A stretch of DNA of 64,000 bases, taken from an uncultured bacterium (GTDB taxonomy: Bacteria; Verrucomicrobiota; Verrucomicrobiia; Verrucomicrobiales; DEV007). The notes under the pieces were generated by a model. The model saw nothing but the letters and a program-made list of their open reading frames with translations. It was not told the DNA's origin and searched no databases. The stretch's first letter is position 1. Each line of letters begins with the position of its first letter. Where the stretch lies: NCBI GenBank assembly GCA_963977015.1, contig CAXBMO010000002.1, forward strand, positions 1 through 64,000, written 5' to 3'. Both the position numbers and the translations under genes were made by a program. Positions 1-9,186 of this stretch are shown here, one piece after another.

Positions 1-67
1 CGAGGCCCAATCCGAGGCCCAATCCGAGGCCCAATCCGAGGCCCAATCCGAGGCCCAATCCGAGGCC
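1..67. repeat. 12-bp tandem repeat (CGAGGCCCAATC) x5 plus a partial copy, truncated by the window edge
   Basis: Five perfect copies at 1-60, then CGAGGCC, running directly into the left inverted repeat of the tnpA element. Confidence 0.95.
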
Positions 68-68
68 A

Positions 69-168
69 AAGCCGGAGGCTTCGGAAGCCATTAGCCGGTG
101 GTTGAGCGCAGCGACACCACCGGTTACGATCACCGCCATGAATGCATCCCGGATGGGATGCCAGCCAT
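69..168. repeat. Left REP-like inverted-repeat arm
   Basis: AAGCCGGAGGCTTC..AGCCATTAGCCGGTGGTTGAGCGCAGCGACACCACCGG...GCATCCCGGATGGGATGCCAGCCAT; matches the reverse complement of 661-762. Confidence 0.85.
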
Positions 169-192
169 ATCACCATTTTATCCCAACCAACC

Positions 193-639
193 ATGCCGTC
201 CACCTACCTCAGCCTTCATTACCACATCGTGTTCTCGACGAAGAACCGGGAACCGGCCATCGACACATCCTGGCGAACGCGCCTCCACGAATACCTGGGC
301 GGAACGGTGAATGGTTTGAGCGGTCAATCCGAAGGCGTGAATGGCACTGCGGATCACGTTCATTTGCTGGTGGGGTTGAAATCGACCCATTGCCTAGCCG
401 ACTTCATGCGGGAATTGAAGAAGGCGGGGTCGATTTGGGTGCACGACGAAATCGGGTTGGGGTCGTTCGCGTGGCAGGAGGGGTATGGGGCGTTTACGGT
501 GAGCCCGCCAGACCGGAAACGGGTGAGGAACTACATCGCGAACCAAGAGGAACGGCATCGGACGAAAACGTTTCGGGAGGAATTGATCGAATTCCTGGAG
601 GCGGCGGAGGTGGATTATGATCCGAAATATCTGGATTGA
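193..639 (+). CDS. tnpA: IS200/IS605-family (Y1_Tnp, RAYT-like) HUH transposase, 148 aa
   Basis: YHIVFSTKNR N-terminal motif, HUH motif DHVHLL, FAWQEGYGAFTVS and catalytic Tyr in YIANQ; ATG at 193. Confidence 0.93.
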   Translation: MPSTYLSLHYHIVFSTKNREPAIDTSWRTRLHEYLGGTVNGLSGQSEGVNGTADHVHLLVGLKSTHCLADFMRELKKAGSIWVHDEIGLGSFAWQEGYGAFTVSPPDRKRVRNYIANQEERHRTKTFREELIEFLEAAEVDYDPKYLD

Positions 640-660
640 TGGGCGATCGTGGATTGGCAG

Positions 661-762
661 ATGGCTGGCATCCCTGCCGGGATGCGGTTCTGGTTGGTGA
701 CGGGGCCCGGTGGTGTTCGCTGCGCTCGACCACCGGCTAATGGCTGGGGAAGCCTCCGGCTT
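661..762. repeat. Right REP-like inverted-repeat arm
   Basis: ATGGCTGGCATCCCTGCCGGGATGC...CCGGTGGTGTTCGCTGCGCTCGACCACCGGCTAATGGCTGGGGAAGCCTCCGGCTT. Confidence 0.85.
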
Positions 763-1025
763 GGTGGGAGACGCGCGAGCAAAGGCACCGTAACTTTGGG
801 CTCCGGCTAATGGCCGGGGAAGCCTCCGGCTTGGTGGGAGACGCGCGAGCAAAGGTCCCGTAACTTGGGGCTCCGGCTAATGGCCGGGGAAGCCTCCGGG
901 GCTTGGGGGGAGGCGCGCGAGCAAAGGCGCCGGAACTTGGGGCTCCGGCTAATCGCTGGGGAAGCCTCCGGCTTGGGGGGAGACGCGCGAGCAAAGGCAC
1001 CGTAACTTGGGGCTCCGGCTAATGG
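733..1025. repeat. 70-72-bp tandem repeat, 4 copies plus a partial fifth
   Basis: Units begin CCGGCTAAT at 733, 803, 873, 945 and 1015; each unit is the outer ~30 bp of the right IR arm plus ~40 bp of flank, with a few substitutions between copies. Confidence 0.93.
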
Positions 1026-1104
1026 AACTGTTTCCAAAATATGGACGCTTTAAAACTGAAGTTCGGCGTCACCATGTCCGCAGTAGCACGGTTCAAGTAC
1101 CGAT

Positions 1105-1758
1105 CTAGTATCCGTCTTCCACGTTCACGATTCCCCGCCGAATCGCCTCAGCCGTTGCCTCCGCCCGGTCACTGACGCCAAGCTTCTGCAACGTGTTGCT
1201 GATGTGCCGCTTCACCGTGTCCTCCGCAATTCCGAGCCGTGCCGCGATTTCCTTGTTGGCACAGCCTTGAGCGACCAAGGCGAGAATCTCCCGTTCCCGG
1301 CCGGTGATGGAGGGGCCCAGCTGAATTTCCGCCAACCGCTCGGCCAGCGGATCGGGAATATAGCCGTCCCCCTTTGCAATTTGGCGAAGCGCGCTCAGCA
1401 ACTCCTCGCGTTCCGCCGATTTCTGCACATATCCAAGTGCTCCCGCTTCCAACGCGGCACGAACTTCGTCATCGCGGACAAAGGTGGAAAAGATCAGGAT
1501 TTTGGCGTTTTCATCCTCCTCCAGCAATCGTGCGGTCGCTTCCACCCCATTGATTCCCGGGAGTTGGAGATCCATGACGACGACCGTCGGCGAAAGCTCG
1601 CGATAGGCAGCGAGCGCATCTTCACCGCGCTCGACTTCGGCGGCGACTTCCAGATCATCCTCGAGCGACAGCGAGGCCGCGAGTCCACTTCGAACCACAA
1701 AATGATCGTCGACCAGGAGAATCGAAATGGGAGGGTTGGGGTTCACCGTGTTACTCAT
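1105..1758 (-). CDS. NarL/LuxR-family DNA-binding response regulator
   Basis: REC domain (ILLVDDH, VVMDLQLPGING) plus LuxR HTH (ITGREREILALVAQGCANKEIAARLGI); ATG 1758 overlaps the end of the kinase gene. Confidence 0.93.
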   Translation of the reverse strand: MSNTVNPNPPISILLVDDHFVVRSGLAASLSLEDDLEVAAEVERGEDALAAYRELSPTVVVMDLQLPGINGVEATARLLEEDENAKILIFSTFVRDDEVRAALEAGALGYVQKSAEREELLSALRQIAKGDGYIPDPLAERLAEIQLGPSITGREREILALVAQGCANKEIAARLGIAEDTVKRHISNTLQKLGVSDRAEATAEAIRRGIVNVEDGY

Positions 1759-3766
1759 CCCCAACTTCGCCAGTTTGCAAAGGAAGCCGAATCCGTGCGA
1801 CGGATCCTTCTCCCATTCGGCTTTCCCATTCAGCCGACGCCCCCACTTTTCGGCAGCGTTCCCGAATGCCCATGCAGCCGAAATGGCCCGATTTCCCCTT
1901 CGTTTCGGATTCGACATCGAAGCCCTTGCCGTCGTCGCGAATCTCCAATTTCAGACCGTTTCCGGGCTCGTCGCTCGAAACCCAAATGGTGACGGACTTG
2001 GCCTTCGCATGCTTGATCACATTGGTAACGGCTTCCCGCGTGATCATTTTGAGATGATGCACGATTCGGGGCGGGAGATGCGGCAATTCCCCAATTTCCA
2101 GCTTCACGCTCGGCTCGAGATCGATGTTGTGTTCCTCCACCAATTCCTGCAAAGCCTGCTCAAGTTGGTCTCCGTTTTCGCCATCTGAACGCAGGTCTGA
2201 GACCAGGTTGCGCGTTTCCGATTGAATGCGGGAAACGAGGCTCCGGGCTCCTTTCAGAAATCCGCGCACCTTGTTGTCCCCTTCTTTGGCCACCGCCGCA
2301 TCGAGCCGCAGGGAAAGCCCCGCCAAATCCTGCTCCAGGGTGTCGTGAAATTCCCGCGCAATGCGTTGGCGCTCTTCCAACGCAGCCTCGGATTCGATTT
2401 TTTGCCGCAGCGCGGAGGTCTGCTGCTGAACCTGACGTCGCAACAGGGTAATCCAGAGGCCGGCGGCCAGGGTCGCGACGCAAACGACGGCGAGAATCGT
2501 CGCCAGGCGTCGCGGCGTCCACCAACTCGGGGCTCCGATCATGCGGACGTCATTGCCGCTTCGACACCGTATCAACATCGCTTCGGGTCGAGTGGAATAC
2601 GCCGTCCCAAGGGCGGAAGTCACGCTGCAGATCCCCTGGACCCGGACTTTCGACCCCGCGACAAAGCCACTTTCCGTTTCCGGCACCAGGACGCGGACCG
2701 AGCGCGGCGAATCCTGCACCACGAGTTCCACGCCATCCTTGGTGCGATACCAATCGGCGAGAATCGCGGTGAGCGCGATCAAGTCACCATCCAGCTCACC
2801 ACTCGCCAATTCTTCGAGGTTGGTTTCCACGGGGAGCGGTTGCTCCGGCACCTTCTCGACCTTCAGAACCTTTGCATCCGTCAGTGAGGCGCTGAACTCC
2901 GACATCTCAGGAAAGCCCAACACTTCCAAAACCTCTCCAGTTTGAAGGGCCTGCTCCACCGATGCCAGGCGAACTCGAATGGACGAGGTTTCCCCACGCA
3001 AGAACACGTCACCTCCTGGAAAAGACGCCAGAACCTGACCGCGAAACCGAACCCGGTGCCCTTCCTGCCCATGAACATCAAAGTTCAAGACCTGTTCGGC
3101 CGAAACCAGCGGAATCTTACTGGGGCGCTTCATGACCACGATCTCCGACCAATCATGGCACCGGAGATAGGGATGAACGAGCTGACGCCGATCATTGATG
3201 TGGCCGGCCGCCAACCCGGAAACTCCTACTTTGCAATCGACGAAGTCCTGCTTCGGATCCGGAAGCGCATCGATCCTGACTTCAACAACACTGCTGCCCA
3301 TCGCCACTCTCACCGAACTGGTTCCCTCATCGTCCAAGGAAACTGTTCGCACGACTCCCTCAATCTTGACGCGCTGATAGTGATAGCGTCCCGAACGCAG
3401 GTCTTCGAACGTCGCAACCTGAGGCGCAGGGAGGCCGATATGATCGAGAACCTCAAACTTCGCCCGTTCGACCCCGGTCAAGTAGAGCCCCGGAAACGTC
3501 AAGCCCCGAACTCTCAGCAAATCTCCGGGCTTGGGGGACGGAGCGCCGCCCAACCGGAAAAACGTCCCCGCCGTTTCGTCCTGAATGAAGACGGTGGACG
3601 GAGAATCGGAAAAAATGACCGTTCCCTGCAAATCAACGGCAATTCCGGATTCCGCCTCCTCGGAGGTGAGTGACCTCACCGCCAACGCGTTGGTAAGTTC
3701 CTCAGATTTCCCTTCCCCCAGCAGAATCGCCGCGAGACAGATCTGAAAAACACCGACAATTCGCAT
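1751..3766 (-). CDS. NarX-type (HisKA_3) sensor histidine kinase with repeated OB-fold-like extracytoplasmic domains
   Basis: Signal peptide, TM after PSWWT, H-box ERQRIAREFHDTLEQ, EAVTNVIKHA, DDGKGF and HFGCMGIRER. Confidence 0.92.
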   Translation of the reverse strand: MRIVGVFQICLAAILLGEGKSEELTNALAVRSLTSEEAESGIAVDLQGTVIFSDSPSTVFIQDETAGTFFRLGGAPSPKPGDLLRVRGLTFPGLYLTGVERAKFEVLDHIGLPAPQVATFEDLRSGRYHYQRVKIEGVVRTVSLDDEGTSSVRVAMGSSVVEVRIDALPDPKQDFVDCKVGVSGLAAGHINDRRQLVHPYLRCHDWSEIVVMKRPSKIPLVSAEQVLNFDVHGQEGHRVRFRGQVLASFPGGDVFLRGETSSIRVRLASVEQALQTGEVLEVLGFPEMSEFSASLTDAKVLKVEKVPEQPLPVETNLEELASGELDGDLIALTAILADWYRTKDGVELVVQDSPRSVRVLVPETESGFVAGSKVRVQGICSVTSALGTAYSTRPEAMLIRCRSGNDVRMIGAPSWWTPRRLATILAVVCVATLAAGLWITLLRRQVQQQTSALRQKIESEAALEERQRIAREFHDTLEQDLAGLSLRLDAAVAKEGDNKVRGFLKGARSLVSRIQSETRNLVSDLRSDGENGDQLEQALQELVEEHNIDLEPSVKLEIGELPHLPPRIVHHLKMITREAVTNVIKHAKAKSVTIWVSSDEPGNGLKLEIRDDGKGFDVESETKGKSGHFGCMGIRERCRKVGASAEWESRMGEGSVARIRLPLQTGEVGDE

Positions 3767-3914
3767 TCAGAAAGCATGCCCCGCCGCCAAGCCAAATCAA
3801 GAGCCGATCGATGGCGAGCGACCTGAATGGGTTTTCGCCTCCCCCGCGCGAGAATCTTGCGGAGAATTTCGCGCCTTTCTTTGCATTTCCCCTCCTCCCC
3901 GCTATTCATCACGG

Positions 3915-5036
3915 ATGGCCGAAGATTTTTACGTTGTTCCAGAGGAAACCCACCGCCAGCTGGTCGAGCAGGCTTACTTGAGCCGTGGTTACACCCATGA
4001 GGAAGCGCAGTACGCGACCAAGATGTGCGCGGAAGCGACCCGTCACGGAAACCGGACCCACAATGCGCTGAAAGGTCTGCACCTGGATCACGAATTGGGA
4101 TCGGGAATCGGAAACTGGGTTCCCGGCGCAGAGATCGAAGTTCGCAAAAGCCGCTTCAAGGCAACCGAAAGCTGGAACGCGAATCGCAAGATCGGACAGG
4201 CGGTCGCCTACAAGGCGTTCGATCGTTGTGTCGAGATGGCCGACGAATTTGGCGTCGGGGTCGTTTCCGTCGATAACGCGACACACTACCTTTGGGGCGG
4301 TGGCTACGCGATCGATGTCGCGCGTCGAGGCTACATCGCCTATACCAACTGCACCTCTGCCCTGGCGGAAGTGGCTCCCTTCGGCGGCAAATTCCCAACC
4401 CTGGGCACCAATCCGCACACTTGGGGATTCCCGACCATGGACGCGATCGGCTTCCCGATTGTGCTCGACTGGGCAACGTCCGAAGTGGCGATGGGCCGGG
4501 TTCAACAATTGAAGCGTGAAGGCGCGCAGCTTCCTCCCGGATGTGCGGTCGATGCCGAGGGCAATCCGACGCTCGATCCCAACGACGTCGATCCCGCCCG
4601 CGGAATGGGCGCCCTGCTTTCGTTCGGGCGTCACAAGGGATACGGGCTCGGCTTGTTGAACGAATTGTTCGGTGCCGTGGCGGGAGGTTCGCTGCCCACC
4701 CTGCGCGGGAAGGAGACTTCCGACCCGGAGGAAAAAACGACGACGTCGTTCTATTTTCAGGTGATTCATCCCGATGCGATCAGTTCCGAGAGTTTCGCGA
4801 AAGGCCGGTCAATGGCTGAAAACCTGACCGCAGTGATTCAGGACATCCTGGGTCACGGCAACCAAAACTGCATGTTGCCGGGCGAACCCGAGTATCGCGG
4901 TCTGCAACGCACCGAAAAAGCAGGCGGACTGCTGTTCAGCGCAGCGGAAATTGCCGAATTCCAGGCAATCGCGAAGGAAGTCGGAGGAACCGGCGATGAC
5001 TGGGCAGTGAGCGAATTCACAAAATACGAAGATTAA
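3915..5036 (+). CDS. Ldh_2-family (malate/L-lactate/ureidoglycolate dehydrogenase-like) oxidoreductase
   Basis: G-N-R-T-H motif, [20 protein letters not shown] and [11 protein letters not shown]. Confidence 0.88.
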   Translation: MAEDFYVVPEETHRQLVEQAYLSRGYTHEEAQYATKMCAEATRHGNRTHNALKGLHLDHELGSGIGNWVPGAEIEVRKSRFKATESWNANRKIGQAVAYKAFDRCVEMADEFGVGVVSVDNATHYLWGGGYAIDVARRGYIAYTNCTSALAEVAPFGGKFPTLGTNPHTWGFPTMDAIGFPIVLDWATSEVAMGRVQQLKREGAQLPPGCAVDAEGNPTLDPNDVDPARGMGALLSFGRHKGYGLGLLNELFGAVAGGSLPTLRGKETSDPEEKTTTSFYFQVIHPDAISSESFAKGRSMAENLTAVIQDILGHGNQNCMLPGEPEYRGLQRTEKAGGLLFSAAEIAEFQAIAKEVGGTGDDWAVSEFTKYED

Positions 5037-5040
5037 GACT

Positions 5041-5820
5041 ATGAGTGATTATCTAGATGATTTGTTTGGCCTGAAGGGCAAGAGCGCAGTGGTGATCGGC
5101 GGAACCGGGACCCTTTGCGGAACCATGGCCGAAGGGCTCGCATCTGCTGGAGCGGATGTCGTCTTGGTCGGTCGGAGCGAAGAAAAGGCAAAAGAGCGGC
5201 TGAAACGAATTGAGGACGCGGGCGGAAACGCATTTTTCTTCGCAGCCGACGTCGCAAGTCGCGATTCTCTGGATGAGCTTTGCCAATCGGTGGTCGAAAA
5301 CCTGGGAACGGTTGATATCCTCATCAATGGAGCGGGGATCAATTCGCCCACCCCGTTTCTGGAGATTCCGGACGATCAATTCAACGAAATTCTCGACATC
5401 AATCTGGGCGCCGTTTTCCGTGCGTGTCAGATTTTCGGAAAACAGATGCTGGGCCAGGCCAATGGTGGCTCGATCGTCAACGTCGGCTCGATTTCCGGTT
5501 TGGGACCGCTTTCGCGGGTGTTCACCTACTCGATGAGCAAAGCCGCCGTGCACAATCTCAGCAAGAACCTCGCCCGCGAATGGGGCGAGCAGGGAGTTCG
5601 CGTCAACACGCTGGTTCCCGGCTTTTTCCCTGCGGAACAGAACAAAAAGGTTCTGACACCGGATCGTGTTGGCCAAATCATGGGCCACACACCGATGAAC
5701 CGATTTGGCGAAGCGGAAGAATTGATCGGCGCCACGCTGTTGCTCTGCGGCAAAGCCGGCAGCTTCATCACCGGTCACGAAATGATTGTGGATGGTGGGT
5801 TTTCGTCGATGACGATCTAA
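5041..5820 (+). CDS. SDR-family oxidoreductase (D-mannonate oxidoreductase/gluconate 5-dehydrogenase-like)
   Basis: GGTGTLC Rossmann motif, [29 protein letters not shown]. Confidence 0.9.
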   Translation: MSDYLDDLFGLKGKSAVVIGGTGTLCGTMAEGLASAGADVVLVGRSEEKAKERLKRIEDAGGNAFFFAADVASRDSLDELCQSVVENLGTVDILINGAGINSPTPFLEIPDDQFNEILDINLGAVFRACQIFGKQMLGQANGGSIVNVGSISGLGPLSRVFTYSMSKAAVHNLSKNLAREWGEQGVRVNTLVPGFFPAEQNKKVLTPDRVGQIMGHTPMNRFGEAEELIGATLLLCGKAGSFITGHEMIVDGGFSSMTI

Positions 5821-5842
5821 CCCCTTCGAAAATCGCCACAAA

Positions 5843-5878
5843 AAAGGCGGTTTGCAGCGCAAGCCACAAACCGCCTTT
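5843..5878. terminator. Bidirectional intrinsic terminator between convergent genes
   Basis: AAAGGCGGTTTG-loop-CAAACCGCCTTT stem flanked by A/T runs. Confidence 0.7.
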
Positions 5879-5896
5879 CGTTGGAAATTCCGGATC

Positions 5897-6433
5897 CTAC
5901 TCGACCGCTTTGGCCACGCCGAGTTCGGCGAGTTTTGCCGCGATATCGGCGCCGTGGCTGGTTGCTTTCACCTTCTTGTCGATGAAGGCGATCTGGCCTT
6001 CGGGATCGATGTAAAAAGTCCAGCGCTCGGGAACTGCGCGGCCTTCATGCACGACGCCGTAGGCTTCCGCGGTTCCTTTTTCCGGATCACTGAGAATTGG
6101 GTAGTCCAAACTCAGCGACTCCGCGAATTTGGTGTTCTTCTCAACGGGATCGACGCTGGCGGTAAAGTAGGCCACGTCGAATTGACGAATCATTTCGCCG
6201 CCCTCACGGAGCGACTGGCATTCCTTCGTTCATCCCACGGTAAAGGCTTTGGGAAACCAAGCCAAGACGACGGCTTTTCCCTTCATCTCGGAAAGCTTGT
6301 AGGTTTCCCCATCGCTCCCGATCAATTCAAAGTCTGGAGCGGCATCTCCAACGGCCAGATCAGCCAGAGCTGACCGGGGCGAACCCAGGCACGTCAGCCC
6401 GAGCACGATTGCATACAATGCTAGGTTTTTCAT
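5897..6433 (-). CDS. Secreted peroxiredoxin (BCP/PrxQ-like AhpC/TSA), probable selenoprotein with in-frame TGA at 6232-6230
   Basis: One frame reads MKNLALYAIVLGL..APDFELIGSDGETYKLSEMKGKAVVLAWFPKAFTVG-[TGA]-TKECQSLREGGEMIRQFDVAYFTASVD..YPILSDP..RWTFYID; the TGA sits at the peroxidatic Cys of PxxxTxxC. Confidence 0.88.
6197..6215 (-). promoter_or_regulatory. Candidate bacterial SECIS hairpin
   Basis: On the mRNA, 14 nt after UGA: GUCGCUC-CGUGA-GGGCGGC, a 7-bp stem (two G-U) with G in the second loop position. Confidence 0.6.
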
Positions 6434-6526
6434 CACGGTCATCGTCAGTCGGTCCGGTTGGCAAGTCAACTCCGGCCCCCTGAATCTTGCGCTTGCAGTC
6501 TCCGGCGAAGCATTGGATGGAAGGCT

Positions 6527-7972
6527 ATGAAACTCCTCTCGTGGCTCGCTCTTTTCCTGCTTTTTACGTCGGCCTCCAACGCAGCGGAACGACCGAACAT
6601 CCTTTTCATCTTCCTCGACGATTTTGGCTGGAAAGATACGAGCTACGCAGGCAGCGATTTTTACGAAACACCGAATCTGGACCGGCTGGCCTCCGAGGGC
6701 ATGGTCTTCACCAATGCGTATTCTGCAGCGGCGAATTGTGCTCCGGCGCGGGCCAGCCTGCTTTCCGGCCAATACACGCCGCGGCATCAAATTTTCAACG
6801 TCGGGACGAAACCCAGGGGACAATCCGCTCATCGCCGGTTGGAACACATTGCCGGGACGAGCACGCTCGATCCGGGCATCAAAACCTGGGCTCATCAGTT
6901 GCAAGCTGCGGGCTACAAGACGGCGACGATGGGCAAATGGCACCTGAGCGACGATCCCCTTCCCTACGGCTTTGATTCCAACGTGGGAGGAACGCATTCC
7001 GGCGGGCCGCCCAAGGGCTATTATCCCCCTCACGGCAACGCCCCCAACCTTCAAGACGCGCCGAAGGATGAATGGGTGACCGACACCATCGCCGGCAAAG
7101 CCAACGCCTTCATCAAAGAGAACCAGGACGAATCCTGGATGCTCTATTTGACGCTCTTTTCCGTCCACACCCCCATCCAGGCGAAGAAGGATCTTCTCGG
7201 GAAATACGAAGCGAAGGAACCGGGCCAACTTCACCAGAACACCAAAATGGCGACGATGATTCAAGGGGTCGATGATGCGATTGGGAACATCGTGACAAAC
7301 CTGGAAACGCTCGGGCTTACCGAGAAAACCGCGATTCTGTTTTTCAGCGATAACGGCGGTTATGGGCCCGCCACGGACATGGATCCGCTCAAGGGTTACA
7401 AGGGCACTTATTACGAGGGCGGGATTCGCGTTCCGTTCTTTGTGAAGTGGCCCGGAGTCGTCGAACCCGGACAAACCAATGAGACGCCAATCATCGGCGT
7501 CGATCTCTACCCGACCCTTTGCGAGATGGCGGGCGCGACGATGCCGGAAAACCAACCGGCCGATGGGAAGAGTCTCGTGTCCGTATTCAAGGGGGCCGAA
7601 CTGCCGGAGCGGGCCCTTTACTGGCATTTCCCAGCCTACCTTCAATCCTACGCAGCCACCGGCGAACAGCGGGATCTGCTCTTTCGAAGCAGACCTTGCT
7701 CAATCATTCGGCGGGGCGATTTCAAGTTGCATCAGTATTTCGAAGATGGAGCCCTGGAGCTCTATAACTTGAGAGAAGACCTCTCGGAATCAACGAACCT
7801 TGCAATACAACAACCGGAAAGAACCCAGGAGCTCTTGAAGGAACTCCAGGCATGGCAATCCTCCATTTCCGCGCCGATTCCGACCGCGCCAAACCCGGAA
7901 TTTTCTTCCGAGGCGGAAGCCGCCGCGATCGAAAAAGCAACCCGATCCGCCGCCCGGAAAAAGGCTAATTAG
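6527..7972 (+). CDS. Sulfatase (S1, Cys-type formylglycine), secreted
   Basis: Signal peptide; PNILFIFLDDFG, CAPARASLLSG, GKWHL, FSDNGG, YEGGIRVP. Confidence 0.95.
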   Translation: MKLLSWLALFLLFTSASNAAERPNILFIFLDDFGWKDTSYAGSDFYETPNLDRLASEGMVFTNAYSAAANCAPARASLLSGQYTPRHQIFNVGTKPRGQSAHRRLEHIAGTSTLDPGIKTWAHQLQAAGYKTATMGKWHLSDDPLPYGFDSNVGGTHSGGPPKGYYPPHGNAPNLQDAPKDEWVTDTIAGKANAFIKENQDESWMLYLTLFSVHTPIQAKKDLLGKYEAKEPGQLHQNTKMATMIQGVDDAIGNIVTNLETLGLTEKTAILFFSDNGGYGPATDMDPLKGYKGTYYEGGIRVPFFVKWPGVVEPGQTNETPIIGVDLYPTLCEMAGATMPENQPADGKSLVSVFKGAELPERALYWHFPAYLQSYAATGEQRDLLFRSRPCSIIRRGDFKLHQYFEDGALELYNLREDLSESTNLAIQQPERTQELLKELQAWQSSISAPIPTAPNPEFSSEAEAAAIEKATRSAARKKAN

Positions 7973-8003
7973 ATTCCTCACCGCAAGCTCGGGAAGAACA
8001 CAA

Positions 8004-8027
8004 CATCGTGTCAAAATTGTCACGATG
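8004..8027. promoter_or_regulatory. Palindromic candidate operator upstream of pstS
   Basis: CATCGTGTCAAAATTGTCACGATG is a near-perfect 24-bp palindrome containing two TGTCA half-sites. Confidence 0.35.
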
Positions 8028-8152
8028 GAGATTTTGATGGGCGATGGCAACTCGCTAACTGATTCGCGTCGTTCAAACGCGGATCACGGCCTCTGTCGGA
8101 CGTGTTTGGATGTCTTATCAACTTATACATCTCACTAACACAATCCTTCACG

Positions 8153-8980
8153 ATGAAGAAATCTCTTATTCTCCTCGCCCTCGGCGCACTTGCCACCGTT
8201 GCCCAGGCCGAAACTATTGTCATCAAAGGCTCCGACACGCTCGGCGCGAAAATGGTACCCCAACTCGCCGAAGCATATAAGGCGTCCGGCAAAGATGCGA
8301 ACTTCGAGATCGCGGCCGAAGGTTCTTCGACTGCGTTCTCAGCCCTCAAAGCAGGTGAAGCTCAAATCGGAATGTCCAGCCGCGACGTGAAAGACTCGGA
8401 GAAGGCAGAACTTCCCGGCTTGAAAGAACACATTGCAGGCATCGACATGATCGGCGTGATCGTGAACAAGGCCAACGGCGTGGAAGGCCTCAGCCTCGAG
8501 CAGATCGAAGGGATCTTCACCGGCGACATCACCAACTGGAGCGAAGTGGGCGGTCCCGACGCTGACATTTCCGTTTACACCCGCAACACCTCCTCCGGAA
8601 CCTACAAGACGTTCCAGAAGCTGGGAATGGGCGGTCGTGACTACGGTTCCAACACCCAGAAAATGGCTGGAAACGAGCAGATTGCACAGGAAGTTGGCAA
8701 GAATGCAAACGGCGTCGGCTATGTTGGGTTGGCTTACACCGAGGCTAACGGCGTAAAGCCAGTCACGGTTGAAGGCATTGCGGCAACTCCAGAGAACGCA
8801 ACCAAATACGACCTCGCTCGCAATCTCTATTACTACACGGTTGGAATGCCTGAAGGTGAAGCCGGTGAGTTCCTCAAATGGGCAACTTCCGATCCCGCTG
8901 CGGCATCCATCGTCGAGAAAGTTGGGTTCATTTCTTATGCCAACAAGAAGAGCCTGATTAAGAAACTTCTTGGCAAGTAA
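8153..8980 (+). CDS. pstS: Phosphate ABC transporter substrate-binding protein (copy 1)
   Basis: IKGSDT, EGSSTAF, MSSR, RNTSSGT motifs; signal peptide; upstream of pstCAB. Confidence 0.93.
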   Translation: MKKSLILLALGALATVAQAETIVIKGSDTLGAKMVPQLAEAYKASGKDANFEIAAEGSSTAFSALKAGEAQIGMSSRDVKDSEKAELPGLKEHIAGIDMIGVIVNKANGVEGLSLEQIEGIFTGDITNWSEVGGPDADISVYTRNTSSGTYKTFQKLGMGGRDYGSNTQKMAGNEQIAQEVGKNANGVGYVGLAYTEANGVKPVTVEGIAATPENATKYDLARNLYYYTVGMPEGEAGEFLKWATSDPAAASIVEKVGFISYANKKSLIKKLLGK

Positions 8981-9016
8981 TTGCCTCTCTGTCTCATCCA
9001 TCCGTCAACTTTTCAG

Positions 9017-9051
9017 AGACGCTCGGGAGCTACTCCCGAGCGTCTTTTTTT
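9017..9051 (+). terminator. Intrinsic terminator after pstS copy 1
   Basis: AGACGCTCGGGAG-CTA-CTCCCGAGCGTCT followed by a T run. Confidence 0.85.
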
Positions 9052-9186
9052 GGGGAACCGGGACAAGTGTTTTTTTGGTGGCAATTTCTTAACCTAACCC
9101 GAATTGCGACGCCTTGAACCTCAGACTAACAACCCCACGCAGCCAACATACTGCACTAACTCATAAACACACCTAACGATATACTG

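Larger units (their letters stand above)
69..762 (+). mobile_element. IS200/RAYT-like element: Y1 transposase enclosed by ~100-bp imperfect, REP-like inverted repeats
   Basis: 69-168 is the near reverse complement of 661-762; each arm has two internal hairpins (95-123 and 144-161; 668-685 and 707-736); tnpA lies between them and there is no tnpB. Confidence 0.8.

Noticed and set aside
733-1025. CRISPR array
   Set aside because: Whole 70-bp units are repeated with no unique spacers, and there are no cas genes in the window
394-1037. Minus-strand ORFs with repeated peptides (394..852, 737..1000, 807..1037)
   Set aside because: They are translations of the tandem DNA repeat in different frames and partly antisense to tnpA
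762-1104. tnpB or omega-RNA partner of the IS200-like tnpA
   Set aside because: No RuvC/zinc-finger ORF follows tnpA; the space is filled by the repeat array
5897-6433. Peroxiredoxin pseudogene
   Set aside because: The only lesion is a TGA exactly at the catalytic Cys with a downstream hairpin; Sec recoding is more parsimonious, pending a check for sel genes
6230-7645. 471-aa minus-strand ORF as a single gene
   Set aside because: Most of it is antisense shadow of the sulfatase; only the last ~67 codons are real, as the N-terminus of the peroxiredoxin
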